From NCBI RefSeq assembly GCF_006345805.1, contig NW_021835467.1:4395-68394 (forward strand): DNA of 64,000 bases, written 5' to 3'. Positions 25,909 to 37,252 of this stretch are shown here, piece after piece; the first letter of the stretch is position 1; each line of letters starts with the position of its first letter. The DNA comes from Octopus sinensis. Its lineage: Eukaryota. The translations under genes were made by a program, and so were the position numbers. The notes under the pieces are model-generated. The model saw only the letters and a program-made list of their open reading frames with translations. It searched no databases and was not told the DNA's origin.

Positions 25909-27568
25909 TTAATAATAAAAGGAACAAGCCTGGCACAATAGGACAATTAGATTCGTGTTCATAAGGATTGTACAATTATCAACACACATTCCACTGATCA
26001 GTAAATTAATGATATCAGCATGAAAAATGAGTGAATTCCCCAATATTTGGTTCATTAGATCAGAAATTTTTATTTTGTTCATGATTGTGGTGGCTGTCAC
26101 GTTATAATTGAACACATCTGCCATTGTTAGATGTAGTGAAATTAGTAATACTAGACTCATTAGAGTCATATGTCCAGTGAATTCTGAAAAATTGACGATG
26201 CTTTTAGTTTTGCATTTATCAAATATTATATTATTCAAAACAGATGCAACTTGCTTAAGTTTATCAACCAATAGAAAATATTTTTTGTGGTTATCAAAAC
26301 TTTTAATATTTTCCCTTAAAAGATATTCACTAATTTTTATTGTGTCCGTAAAATCAGTTTCTTCTTGACCAACAAAAGCAATGACAACCAGCTTGTTAAA
26401 ATTATTTTCTGAGGTAACCACAAGTAGATCATTAAGACTCAACTTGCTAACTAAGTAACCAGCTAGCTTTGGCAAGCACATTGCCATTTGAGTAATCAAA
26501 TATATTGTTGATTTTATAGAATTTTTACATGTCTTCAACTGAAGACTCCACTGTTCAAATGTCTTTACTGACGCTGCGGAGACTTTTAACCCGTAATTAT
26601 GAAAGTCCTTTCCTTTTTTTGTTTTGATTGCTTTTGAGTATATGGGGTCCACAAATGCTTCAAGCAAAACAAATTCACGAACGGAAAGCTAAAATATTAA
26701 ACTATAAGCAATTACTATTTGGAAAAACTTATCCCTTTTAGAAAAAGAAATTATATAATCATTTGTGGCTCCTACAATTTTAGAATTACTAGAAAAAGAA
26801 ATATTGGTCTGGATAGAAAGTCTTTCCATGTTGAGGATTTTATTTTTCAGCAAAACTAATTTTTCTACAATTTTGCATAGTTTCATATTAATTGGAATGG
26901 AGAAATCAAGTTGTTCAAATAGAATTTTAAGCATGGGGCTTGCGAAATAAAATTGTAACATTTCTGTAGGAATATCGTGATACAGTACTTCAGTTATATT
27001 AAAGGACGTCATATTAAACTTTTCAGATGAGCTATTAAAACTTTGGCTTTTAAGCACATTATAAATATCTGTCTTTTCTTCAGTATTTTCCTAATTGATA
27101 ATTAATTTTTTAGATTGTAATACGGTAAAGATGACGTTTTTTTGAATATAATCTGTAATCTGATAATAACTAATTTCAACAAAACATTACTGATTCAGAT
27201 GATTCAATGTCATTTTCTGAAGAATTAAAAACCAATTGTGTGCTATTCAACTGATTTTTAGACAAAATGTCGCTGGGTATAATCTGCCTCCGTATTTCAG
27301 CAAATTCTGATTAATTATATCAACACTAAATACCTTCTGCTATGTCAAAACTCTTGTGCTGCGAGTTTTCAGACTCATAAAAAAGTAAAAACTATTAACT
27401 TACCGAATCAATGCTTTCTTTTTGTGGTGGAAGAAACTCGAGTTCTTTAAGCTCGTCATTATGCTTTTTGATATCTCTTTGACAGTTTCTGCAGAAGTTT
27501 GGCATCCATATATTTTCTTTAAAATGTGTACACATTCAGTAAATTTAGAAGTTAATTTGCGCACCATG
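25909..27568 (-). CDS. Hypothetical protein gene, no recognisable domain
   Basis: Consecutive long minus-strand ORFs (25909-26667, 26689-27057) plus upstream coding-like sequence starting MVRKLTSKF with GT donors. Confidence 0.5.
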
Positions 27569-27862
27569 TAATATTATAAAAACTCAACCCGTAATTAATC
27601 GTAACTGTTACGGATAATAAGTTAAACAGTGACAAATAGACGCTTAATAAATATTGTTTAGAAAGTAATCGTCACGTTTCTGAAAGACTTTTAAATAGTT
27701 TCAAGTCAATCCAAGCAGTAAATCAGATCTTATCATGGAACATGAAAAATTGTAAATTAGACAAACGGAGATTGAACCTATAATCAACACTCAAAAATGG
27801 CATAGCTACAGTTTAAGTAAAAAATTTCCCAAGATCACACAAAAGCTAGAATCCAACAATTA

Positions 27863-28455
27863 CAGTGAAACCTTTTGAATCCACTGCTTCACGAATCTGT
27901 CGCTTCTCAAATCCGCCTGTTTTATTTAAAAATTTGAAATGTCATATAGATGATTCTCGAATCCGTTCTTTAAGCTAAGAAAATTTCATGAAGACAGTGG
28001 ATCGGTAAATCGTGATAAAAAATCTATTGGTAATTTTAGTGACACAATTAGTTTAAAATTAAATAAATTGAATTGGAAAATGTTTATAATGTAGGTGAAA
28101 CCGGTAATTGTTACAAGGCGATTCCTTCTAAAAGTGTGTGTACTAAATCAAGGAATGAAATAAAATTGTCAAATGATCGATTTTTATTACTATTATGGAC
28201 TATTTGTTCCGGTTTGGATAAAAGAAAGCATGTAATAATAAGAATATTAAAAAGTCTAAGGTGTTTTAAAAATTTTAACTTTGTAAATCATGCTACTTAT
28301 ACCATTTAATAAAGAATGTATTAGCTGCGAAATGTTTAATAAATGTCTAAGTGATAGTGATTTTGATTGCGAATTTGCGAAGAAAAAATCTACTTTTAAC
28401 AAACTTTCTCGAATCCGCTGATTTCTAAAATCCGACAATTTTTTGATCGGTCCCA
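27863..28455 (+). mobile_element. Older, internally deleted Tigger/pogo copy
   Basis: TA followed by CAGTGAAACC and decayed subterminal repeats; ENVYNVGETG...KSVCTKSR matches the element at 51027-52999. Confidence 0.8.
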
Positions 28456-28539
28456 ACTTCCTGGACATCACTTTTTTGCGATCTAGGATGCATGAGTAAT
28501 TTTATAGAGTTCTTTGCTCATCTTTTTCGGCCAGCAAAT

Positions 28540-29880
28540 TCGTATGAGTATTCTTACTTAATTGTTTTCTGTGAAAAGAGGTGAGTTGATTTAGTTCTTT
28601 GGCGGTTAGACCCCAGGTCCCCGTGTTGTAGAGCAGGATCGATTCGACAAAGGTGTTCTACAGTCGAATTCAAATGCGGGTTCTTATTTACAGATCTTTT
28701 ATATTTTATGAAAGAGGCAACAGCCATCACTTTCATTTAAATAACATCCTCCGAGTTCCTAAGGATGGATCCAAATTTCTTGCATGTTTTTTACTTCTCC
28801 TTCTTTCTTGTCCCGAGGCGGGACATGGTAGTTTCTTTCGTTTTGCTTGGATGTAATACCAATAACAGTCCTTCAACAAATGAGGAATCACTTTTAATAA
28901 GTTTTCCATTAAGTTCTGATCTTGGTAAACAAAATCAATATCGTCGGCGTAAATAACTTCTATCACGTTCATAAAACATTTATTTTTCCGAAGAAGTCTT
29001 AGAGCTTTGTCCAGGTAGATTATGAATAAGATCGGATATAACGAGTCGTCCTGAGGTAGGCCAGTGTCGGTTTTAAACTTCACCGAGATATAATTTGCCA
29101 CATACACTGATAGCGTATTCATGAGCATAACCAGGCGAAACTTTAAAAATTTCCCTTCTTCTTTCCAGGTTTCTGAATTGGGATTTAGGTCAAATAAGCT
29201 GTGACATTTAAACGTCCTGGTCAAGACTATGCAGATCAACTCAACCACTTTGTCCGGCGCGTATTTAAATAATTCTGCCCTCACGTTGTCTGGTTTCGAA
29301 GCTCTTCCATTTTTAGCTTGCTCAAGGCTGAAATGACTTCATAGCGCGTGATGTCTTTACTGAGTCCACTGGGAGTTTCTTTGAATTGTTCCAGATGGTC
29401 ATTGAGATTTATTCATCCATTGTAAAAGGGTTCAATTTTGTTTGCTGATTTTTTTGTCATCAATTATGGTTTTTCCCGCATAATCGAACGTTTCGTGAAG
29501 CCTTAACTAACGAATAACTCCAAATAGTATGACCACTGAAAATAGTATGACCATCCAAATAGTTTGCATTTGTTGCGTTTTCTTTTAAAGAATCGGTAAG
29601 GCTGATCAAATTTGACGATTCTTTTAGGAGACTGAGTTTCCTTTGTTCTTTTGCTAATTTGTCTATTTCTTTGTCAAAAGTCTCCTTGAATCTCTTAATT
29701 TTGGTAGAAATATATCTCTATAGTAGTCCGGGAAACACATTAGAGTATTGTTTAACAGTTTGAGTATTTCCTCCCCATACTTTATACGGTTAGAAGCTGA
29801 AACACATAATATCTCCGCGGCTAATTTCCAGCCCCGTGTACGAACTGCAAGTACTCCGGAGAATCCAAAGCATCGCTTTA
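28540..29880 (-). mobile_element. Degraded RTE-like LINE ORF2 (linker + RT)
   Basis: ELFKYAP, GLPQDDSLYPILF and YADDIDF. Confidence 0.75.
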
Positions 29881-30295
29881 GAATAAGATATGTCACCAGT
29901 AGTCGATGATCACTCGAGGTAATCGTGCCACTGTAAGTATGGAAGTTTGTGAGTAACGTCTTCTGTGTTTGTCTGCATAATATGTAATCGATTTAGTTAA
30001 ATGTATGGACAAGATTTCTGTAGGAGCATCTCCTCTGGCCAGTCCATAGCATAACATTTCGAGCTGCAAGTCGAAATGCCGTGTTACAGAGGAACAGTCC
30101 AAAAGACTCCCCGGACAGATTTTTGATCTCGTGCTGGACTTCCTGGGGACCGACACGCATCCGTCCATCACCAATATCAACAAAAACTATTTGGAGGAAG
30201 ATTTTTGCAACATTTAGCTGCCTGCCACTGACGAAAGGGTAATTTTTGAAATCCACATTCTATAACTTCTAAGACTCAAGTTCAGTTTCCACTTT

Positions 30296-30535
30296 GCAGG
30301 CCCACGGCGCTAAAAAACCAATATCGTCTACACTTACAAGGTTGTCTTTTCGGGTCATTCCAAAGCCGTGAGGAGCAGCGAAATTTCCGTGATCCAGGAC
30401 GAGGTGATCATGTTGTTGGGGGACTACCATGAGGCTGATTGGTGTTATGTAATATACCACACTCTACTCCCAGGTCATGAAACTCGACTCCAAGTTGACA
30501 GGGTACGTTGCGGGAGTTTTATACAACCAACTGAT
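30296..30535 (+). pseudogene. SH3-domain exon(s), frameshifted copy
   Basis: EISVIQDEVIMLLGDYHEADWCYV...DRVRCGSFIQ; 1-bp loss relative to the copy at 49410-49655. Confidence 0.6.
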
Positions 30536-30604
30536 TAATATTTAACACTTAATTATAAGGTGGCTACCCTATAAAACAATACATCTACACTTCTTTAGAC
30601 ACCA

Positions 30605-31473
30605 ATGTCAGCAAATTGTTCACTAATTGAAATATCCAAACTCCACCCACTTGCAAACCAACTCTCCGGCCACGGACTCGACTCCACTGCACTCAAATGT
30701 AGTCCTTATTTCACATCAAAGTCTTCTTTGAAATACCTGGTGGCTTCATTGCCAAACGACTTAAAAAGTATTCTCGCGGTTACCAGGAGGGTGACTTTTA
30801 CCAAAATATTTCCCACTCTGCCGACCAGTTTTTCACCAAATTGTCCTCATTTTCCCCCAAATTCCATGGCCTGGCGCATGACAAACAAGGAGGTGTGGCA
30901 CTTCTTTATGTGCAGGGCAGTACATTTACTTGGAAAACATATTCCGGAACTTCACCAAACCGACATCCGCCGACATCAAAATTGGGTTCCTCAAAAAAGA
31001 AAAGTACCCGGCAGCCGACCAAATCATGTTTCAAATAAGTGGAATGAAAGTATTCGAGAGGAAGCACTTTTAGGTCCACCAACCTGACGGATCCTGCCAC
31101 ACCCTCTACAAGTCGGACGGAGCCAACTGGACGAGCATACTATCAGGGACGGTGAGGGGTCTTTGTCATTTCAGAGTTGCAAAAGTTTTTTCTGCAAGAC
31201 CACAAGTTGGGGGACGGAAGGAGACGGAAAATATTGGCTGAGTTAAGGGACATGCTCACTCTTTTGAAGGCCCAGTCAGCATGGCACTTTGTTTCGAGTT
31301 CGGTAATAATCGCCTACGAGAACGAGAACGTGTCCAATTGGAGTGAGGGACAGGTGGCTGTCAACATCATTGACTTTTCCCACGCTTCTCCTGCCCAGTC
31401 GAGGGACATTTATTCAATCAATGGATTGGCTAATTTAATTAATTTCATTTCGAATTTATTCGATTTGGTTTAA
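30605..31473 (+). pseudogene. Inositol polyphosphate kinase (IPMK/IPK family), frameshifted paralogue
   Basis: KPTSADIKIG (PxxxDxKxG), SSSVIIAYE and IIDFSHA. GGACGG-AGCC lacks one C relative to copy B near 31120 (real loss or assembly error). Confidence 0.8.
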
Positions 31474-31929
31474 TCAGACTCAATCACTTATTCTTTCATT
31501 TCACACAAATTCACTAATACATCTCCTAATTTGATTATTCTAATGACTATTCATTCAAAAAGATTACATCTAATTTATCTACCAAATAAAAAACAAGATT
31601 ATAGTTAGATAGCAATTCTACATTTTGCAAATTTGCCATTCCTTTCCCAAAGAATTAATTTTATTTTAACACTTTCCAAATAATTTCTGGATAAATAACA
31701 TTGAAAACGCCCAAAGATATATCAAAATATTCTGAGAAACTCTTATAATGTACACTCTAATTTGAAATAATAAATTAAGTAAGTTTATTCAAATTGTTTT
31801 TTATTTGTATCAAAGCATTATCTTTTAGGAGATTGTGTTTTCAATATTTTCCATAAGGTTTTCAGAATTATAACAGCATTAGTTCGGCTTTATCTCCTAT
31901 TGATTGGGACAAGATACATAATTTCTAAA

Positions 31930-33350
31930 AATAAATACATCGTAGATTTACCATTAAGTTCATCTTCGACAAACGATGCCTCGTTATTTTTATCTAAATT
32001 ATAAATAAGATTATAACCTGGTATTTCATGAATCACAGTGTTAACTCCAGAAATATCCCTAAACTTTTAAAGGGGGTCTCATTGATCGCCGAGTGGTGTG
32101 TCGTATTATAGGAAAAAGTTACTTTGTCTAAAAATTGTTTCCAATTTTTACGTATTTTCTTTATGTAGAGAAATTGTACAATAAGACCGGTTTCAGTAGC
32201 ATGTTGTATAATTTGATTTTTAGAGAGGTCGAAATTTGTTTGTAATATGTCCGCTGTATTGTTTCCAATTTTTAGTTCCTTCTTTATTCATCAGTTTTGC
32301 CATACCACGTGTTAATGTTTGGTTAAAGCGCTCAATTACACCCTAATTTATTTCAAATTTATAAACTTGTGACTGGGGATGGTTTGGTCTTCAATGAATA
32401 TGTTTGATTTTATTTTCTCCACATATCTGATCCATCAGTTGATTTTTGAATTCCAATCCGTTGTCTGTTTTAAAAATTTGACAATATCCAATTCTTCTAA
32501 CATCAATAAGATCCGCCTGGAATCTTTTATTTGGACTTCTTGCCGTTACATGATAATTAGAATCGGATACCTAAGTATATTTAATCAAAAATACTTTTAA
32601 CGGCCCAGCAAATTTAAAAATTTCGCAGTCTTTTTTAATTTGTTTGATAATAGGGCGTTTCACAGTAAAATAAAATTCACAGCACTTCTTATGAAGCTTT
32701 AGTATTCCCCAGTGACATTCTTGGTGAATATTTATTTATTAAAGACCAAACACGGGCAAAGTCAGTTAATTATAGTTATTCCCGTGATCGCCGATCCAAA
32801 CGAGGGAGATCCTTCTGAAAGGTTCGATCCTGCCCGCATGATCGGCCTGAGACGACGATGTCCCAGGGTCTGAGAGCTAGAAGTTCTTTTTCGGTAGGCA
32901 TTAAGTGCCTCCTGAGCGTTGCCATATCCGATTGGAATTTTCCGAACTGACATGGTGGACCCCATAACGCCACGCTAAGACCGGAAGGTAATAGCGAATG
33001 CCAGTGTCTTCATCTCCATTTAATTGTCCAAAAAGATAACAAATTTGTGTTTTTGGTTATTATCGTCCTTTAGATAGAGACTACGAATTAGGAATATCAA
33101 ATATACCGATCATCAATTATCATAAATTGATTCGCTTTTTTAATAAGTTTGTATTTTTCGGATTTAGATGTAGTTTGTACGGGTATTTGGAGTAGTGCAT
33201 TTAAAATATTTTTATATTCACTGTCATTTTTCACGTAACCTAAGGATTGAGACTATATTAATACAACAACTTTTGGAAGATACCTTTTTTTAATTAAAAT
33301 GACTTAAACTGGTCGCCAGCGTGGTATGGTCGCCAGCTATGGGCGCGACA
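31930..33350 (-). mobile_element. Second, degraded Ginger-like element with micro-introns; right end ...GGGCGCGACA|TA
   Basis: IHQECH...DCEIFKFAGPLK, RFQADLID, TDNGLEF and PQSQGVIERFN; introns at 33081-33106, 32571-32594 and 32343-32366. Confidence 0.75.
32762..33000 (-). mobile_element. Probable LINE 3' stub inserted in the second Ginger-like element
   Basis: GC-richer island that interrupts the transposase frame and ends in a TAAC/TAAT-type tail like other LINE ends in this window. Confidence 0.45.
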
Positions 33351-33640
33351 TATTCCATGCTCTGTGGGTTACCACAGCTGCCTCCATGCGTACTGCAAAG
33401 CCCATCTAATAATGGCGACAGTCTGACGGCGACAGGAGCATTCGGTATCTGTTTATTGTTTCATTAACGCCATTAGGGACTTTGGTCTCCTGCAGACAGC
33501 ATACAGACATTCCATATCTTTTTAAATCCGTACATAGGTGTTGTCTTTTTAATGCGGAGGTAAGTCCTCTTTCATTAAACGATCCAATAGAAAAAAGGAA
33601 AGATTAAGTGCATTGGTCGAGGTGGTGACGTCCCTCTATT
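33351..33640 (-). mobile_element. LINE APE endonuclease N-terminal fragment
   Basis: FSIGSFNERGL...DLKRYGMSVCCLQETK...MGFAV. Confidence 0.8.
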
Positions 33641-33812
33641 GCACACATGTCTTATTCAATCACTCCAACGGGTTGACTTTATTTATATAAGAAACGAGCA
33701 TACTCTCTAAGGTTTCCTTTAATGGAAAAGGTATTTTAATTAATGAATTAAGTAAATATAAATAATAAAATTATACTTGTATAGTAGATTAAATAAAATC
33801 ACATACACGTCG

Positions 33813-34711
33813 ATGTTGGATGATTATCTAAGTGCATACGAAAATAGCATTGAGTGTGTATAATTTATTTTGAAAAAAATATAGTTCATCCGTCGATTCC
33901 GAAAAATATTACCAAGTCTTGGGCGGATTGCTTTGCTTGGTACATTTGTGGACGATTCGTTCCGGATGGTAACAAAGCATGGAGATCAGCGAAACTATTT
34001 TGTGAATGTATGGAAAATAGGAAGAGCAGTGGCTACATTTATGATAATAATAAATTTATTGACTCAAATAATTCCCGTTGTGATGATAATGATGCGACGG
34101 AGAGTACGGATAGCCTGTTGTGTTCTGTTATTTAACATAATATATCAAGTATTATATTTACTAATCGTAGCACATCGTCTATCGGATGCGACTGTTTGCT
34201 ATATTCAAGTTTGATAAGCGATAACCAGATAGAACCCTTTCCCTTTGCGGTGTTGTGCTACTCCTTTATGCTGAATCGTTTGTGGAGAAGATGACTAATG
34301 TGGCTGGTCTTCCAGAACTGCAAAACGATAAAGGGAAAGAGTATTTCAAACTTATTGGACGAATATTTGTTATACTCATCCTGTTCAGTCTTGTAGATAC
34401 GTCAAGCATTTTAAGCTATGTACTATCATACTATAATATTTCAGGGAGTCATTGCGCCAATCTGTTCAATTCCTGCCATTATGCTTGTCCTCGGATATCG
34501 TGCTCAGTTTGCTTCTCTTCTCCTTTCAATTGTTCTCGTCGTTAATATGCTTGTTGCCCACCCTTTCTGGCTTCCCAGCCTTAACTCATATACGGCCGAG
34601 TATTACTCTTTTGAGTTTTTCCAATCCTTGTCTGCGCTTGGCGGATTTCTCATTGTTGTTGCTCATGGACCAGGAGTAATCAGTTTTGACGAGTTTAAAA
34701 AAATGGAATAA
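33813..34711 (+). CDS. SURF4: Surfeit locus protein 4 (Erv29) cargo receptor
   Basis: LPSLGRIALLGTFVDDSFRM...DQRNYF, FFQSLSALGGFLIVVAHGPGVISFDEFKKME* with a C-terminal dilysine. Confidence 0.92.
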
Positions 34712-35202
34712 TTCATATTCACTTTCCTCTCATAATCACTTTAATAATTTGGATTATAAAACCTATGTTTTTACGCTTACTTTGTCAATGTCACGTATGT
34801 GGATATAATATGAAATCTAAATACCTGCAAAGTCTTGAAAATCGTTCTTTTTACTTGAAATTTGTTAAAAAATAAGACATTTCTATCGTTATGTTTAATA
34901 ATATGTCATCACAAATAAAATCTTATTTTGACCTCAATGTTTTTTTTATTTCAGCATACTTTTTTTCATGACATCTTGACAAGTTTTTACATGAATAAAA
35001 GGATGTAATTATTCAAATTTTAAAATTTTATAATAATTTCCAAAAGCTTTAAATTCGTAATCAACATAATAAATTATAAGCCTGGTTAATTATTTAACAA
35101 TTTCATGTTAAGTTCAAAATACGTTGTCAATAATCCAGATGTGGTTAGAAAAAACAAACATCTGTCGAATATTATATATATGCCATAACATTGCCGCCAT
35201 AA

Positions 35203-36207
35203 ATGCTAGCAATATTATTCTTGCTGAACTTATCAAGTATTCTGAACTAGTCCAGTAATAATAAAATAGAGGCAGGAGATATATGTAAAAAGGGAAAATG
35301 CTATTCTCTTTTTCCAAATGATCTCCTTTCATTTTCAGAAGCCACAAATATGTGTTTAAAGTCAAAGAAATTCCCTCTTACGATAAAAGACAGTGATGAG
35401 CTTGGCACAATTTTGGGTGAGCGTATTCAGTATATTTTAAGAATTATTAAAAATCACAAAATTTAATTCGATCGCTATCTGGCTTGGCTATAACGACATT
35501 ATGATGGAGGGCTTATTTGTAGATCATAACGGGGATCCAATGGCAATTGTTTATTATTAAAATCTTCAGACATATTCTAACTGGTACAAGACTGAGCCCA
35601 ATAAACAAAATAAACGTGAAGACTGTGTAGGAATGGACATAAAAACCGGAAGATGGTTCGATTACCTCTGTTTTGCAAGACTACCTTTTATATGCCAGTA
35701 CACAAAGGATACTGCAACTACCACTCTTGCTTCAAGTGGACAATAAATGTATATCTTGTAGAATTACAAGAAAAAAAACTCCCGGACCTAAAAATTAGTT
35801 TGCAAATGACTAAAACTTTCCCTGAAAACCCGGTAAAAATGGCCGCTGACGGGGATAAATCTACATGCGCCATTTCGAAAGGAAATTTTTATGCACAGAT
35901 GAATTATTCGTTCAGCAAAACAGTCCTTCTTAAAAAGATCATCATATACTCTGGAAAGACAACACTAGGTAGTTTCAGTTTCCTATAGTTTACAGAGCGT
36001 CCTCGTTACTTTGATATCATTGTGGTGACTCCTGAAGAAGACAGAATACAATGCACTCGAATTACTGATGCTAAACTGCCCCCGAATTCTAAGAACGAAT
36101 TCAAATGCAAAAAAGAAATATTAACAAACAAAATTATTTTTAAAAGTTACAAATTGCAGGCAACACTCTCATTTTGTGAACTAATAATCGAACACTCGAC
36201 AAACTAA
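35203..36207 (+). CDS. Secreted C-type lectin domain + F-type lectin/discoidin-like domain protein
   Basis: Signal-like MLAILFLLNLSKA; CTLD with IWLGYND, NWYKTEPN, EDCV and WFDYLC...FICQ; second domain AADGDKSTC...KIIIYS...C...FKC...LSFCEL. Five micro-introns, including GC-AG at 35543-35569. Confidence 0.8.
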
Positions 36208-36649
36208 TACATTAAATTAACAAATTTAATATATAACTCACTTTCTTATATAATTTATTTTATTTCAAAATATACTCTTGCGCTCTGTCATTTAACTGCC
36301 TATGAGTCACATGCCGATTATTTCCACTAAACATCTCTAATGACTCTCTAATCGTGGAACGATGCCTGTCCAGGCAGTAATCTACTCACCTCAAAATGGT
36401 TTAGTCATATCCGCTTTTTTGAATTTTATAAAAATGTAGTTTCTGTCGAAATCCTGTGATCTTTGAAGAGATTGTTCGACGATATCTATCCGGTATCTGG
36501 GTCTTAGGATGGGCGAGAACCCAATCTATTCACTCCACGTAAGAAAAAGGCCATGGCAGCTTTCTGTTTTAGACGCTCTCCGTTTTAGACGTGCATCTGG
36601 ACTCAAAAACCTTTATATTTGTCTATCATACACCTATTCTTCCAGTCTT

Positions 36650-37110
36650 TTATTTAAACTGTAAGCGTGGTACTACTTTAAACAGCATCAGAAAATCGTC
36701 TCAGAATTAGAAGATTCGCCGCCACACACTGAAACTAGCATTTAAACATAGGCTGAACAATCATATCCCCGGATGGGTAGATCGTGGGATCCCTACAGTA
36801 AAAGAGATAAAGTAATATATTAAGTTCTACGTGAAACGAATTTTCAGGCGATAAGATCACAAATACAGTGCAAAAATGAACTCACTTTCTTTCGAAAAAT
36901 TTTGCTATTGAAAACGGCCGTCTTGATTATCTCTGGATTAACAATTGAAGAGATAATTACATTTATACGAGTTGAGAAAGTAGCTGACATGAGACATCAG
37001 TGGAACCTGCTGGGCACATTGAAGTTGTATCCTGGCCCATGAGTCTGACAGAAGGAGGAGAAGCAAGAAGAGTTAGTAATAGGGATTTATCAAAGTCACA
37101 TATCAATTTG
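36650..37110 (+). mobile_element. Probable R4-like RLE 3' remnant
   Basis: 3' end (GAGACATCAGTGGAACC...GCCCATGAG) resembles 22580-22612; heavily decayed. Confidence 0.4.
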
Positions 37111-37252
37111 AATATAAAAACTTATTTTTTCAGACTTTCTTGGTCACTAATAAAAGGGAAATTAATTTGAATTAAGATGTATTTTATTAATAATAACATT
37201 TAATAATTAAAATTTTCTCTTTTTGTTGCGCAATATTTTTAATATATATTTC

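Larger units (their letters stand above)
30245..31920 (+). repeat. Segmental duplication copy A (paralogue of about 49362-51006 plus 53053-53190)
   Basis: High nucleotide similarity by eye across the SH3 exon, the IPMK gene, introns and 3' flank. Confidence 0.9.
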
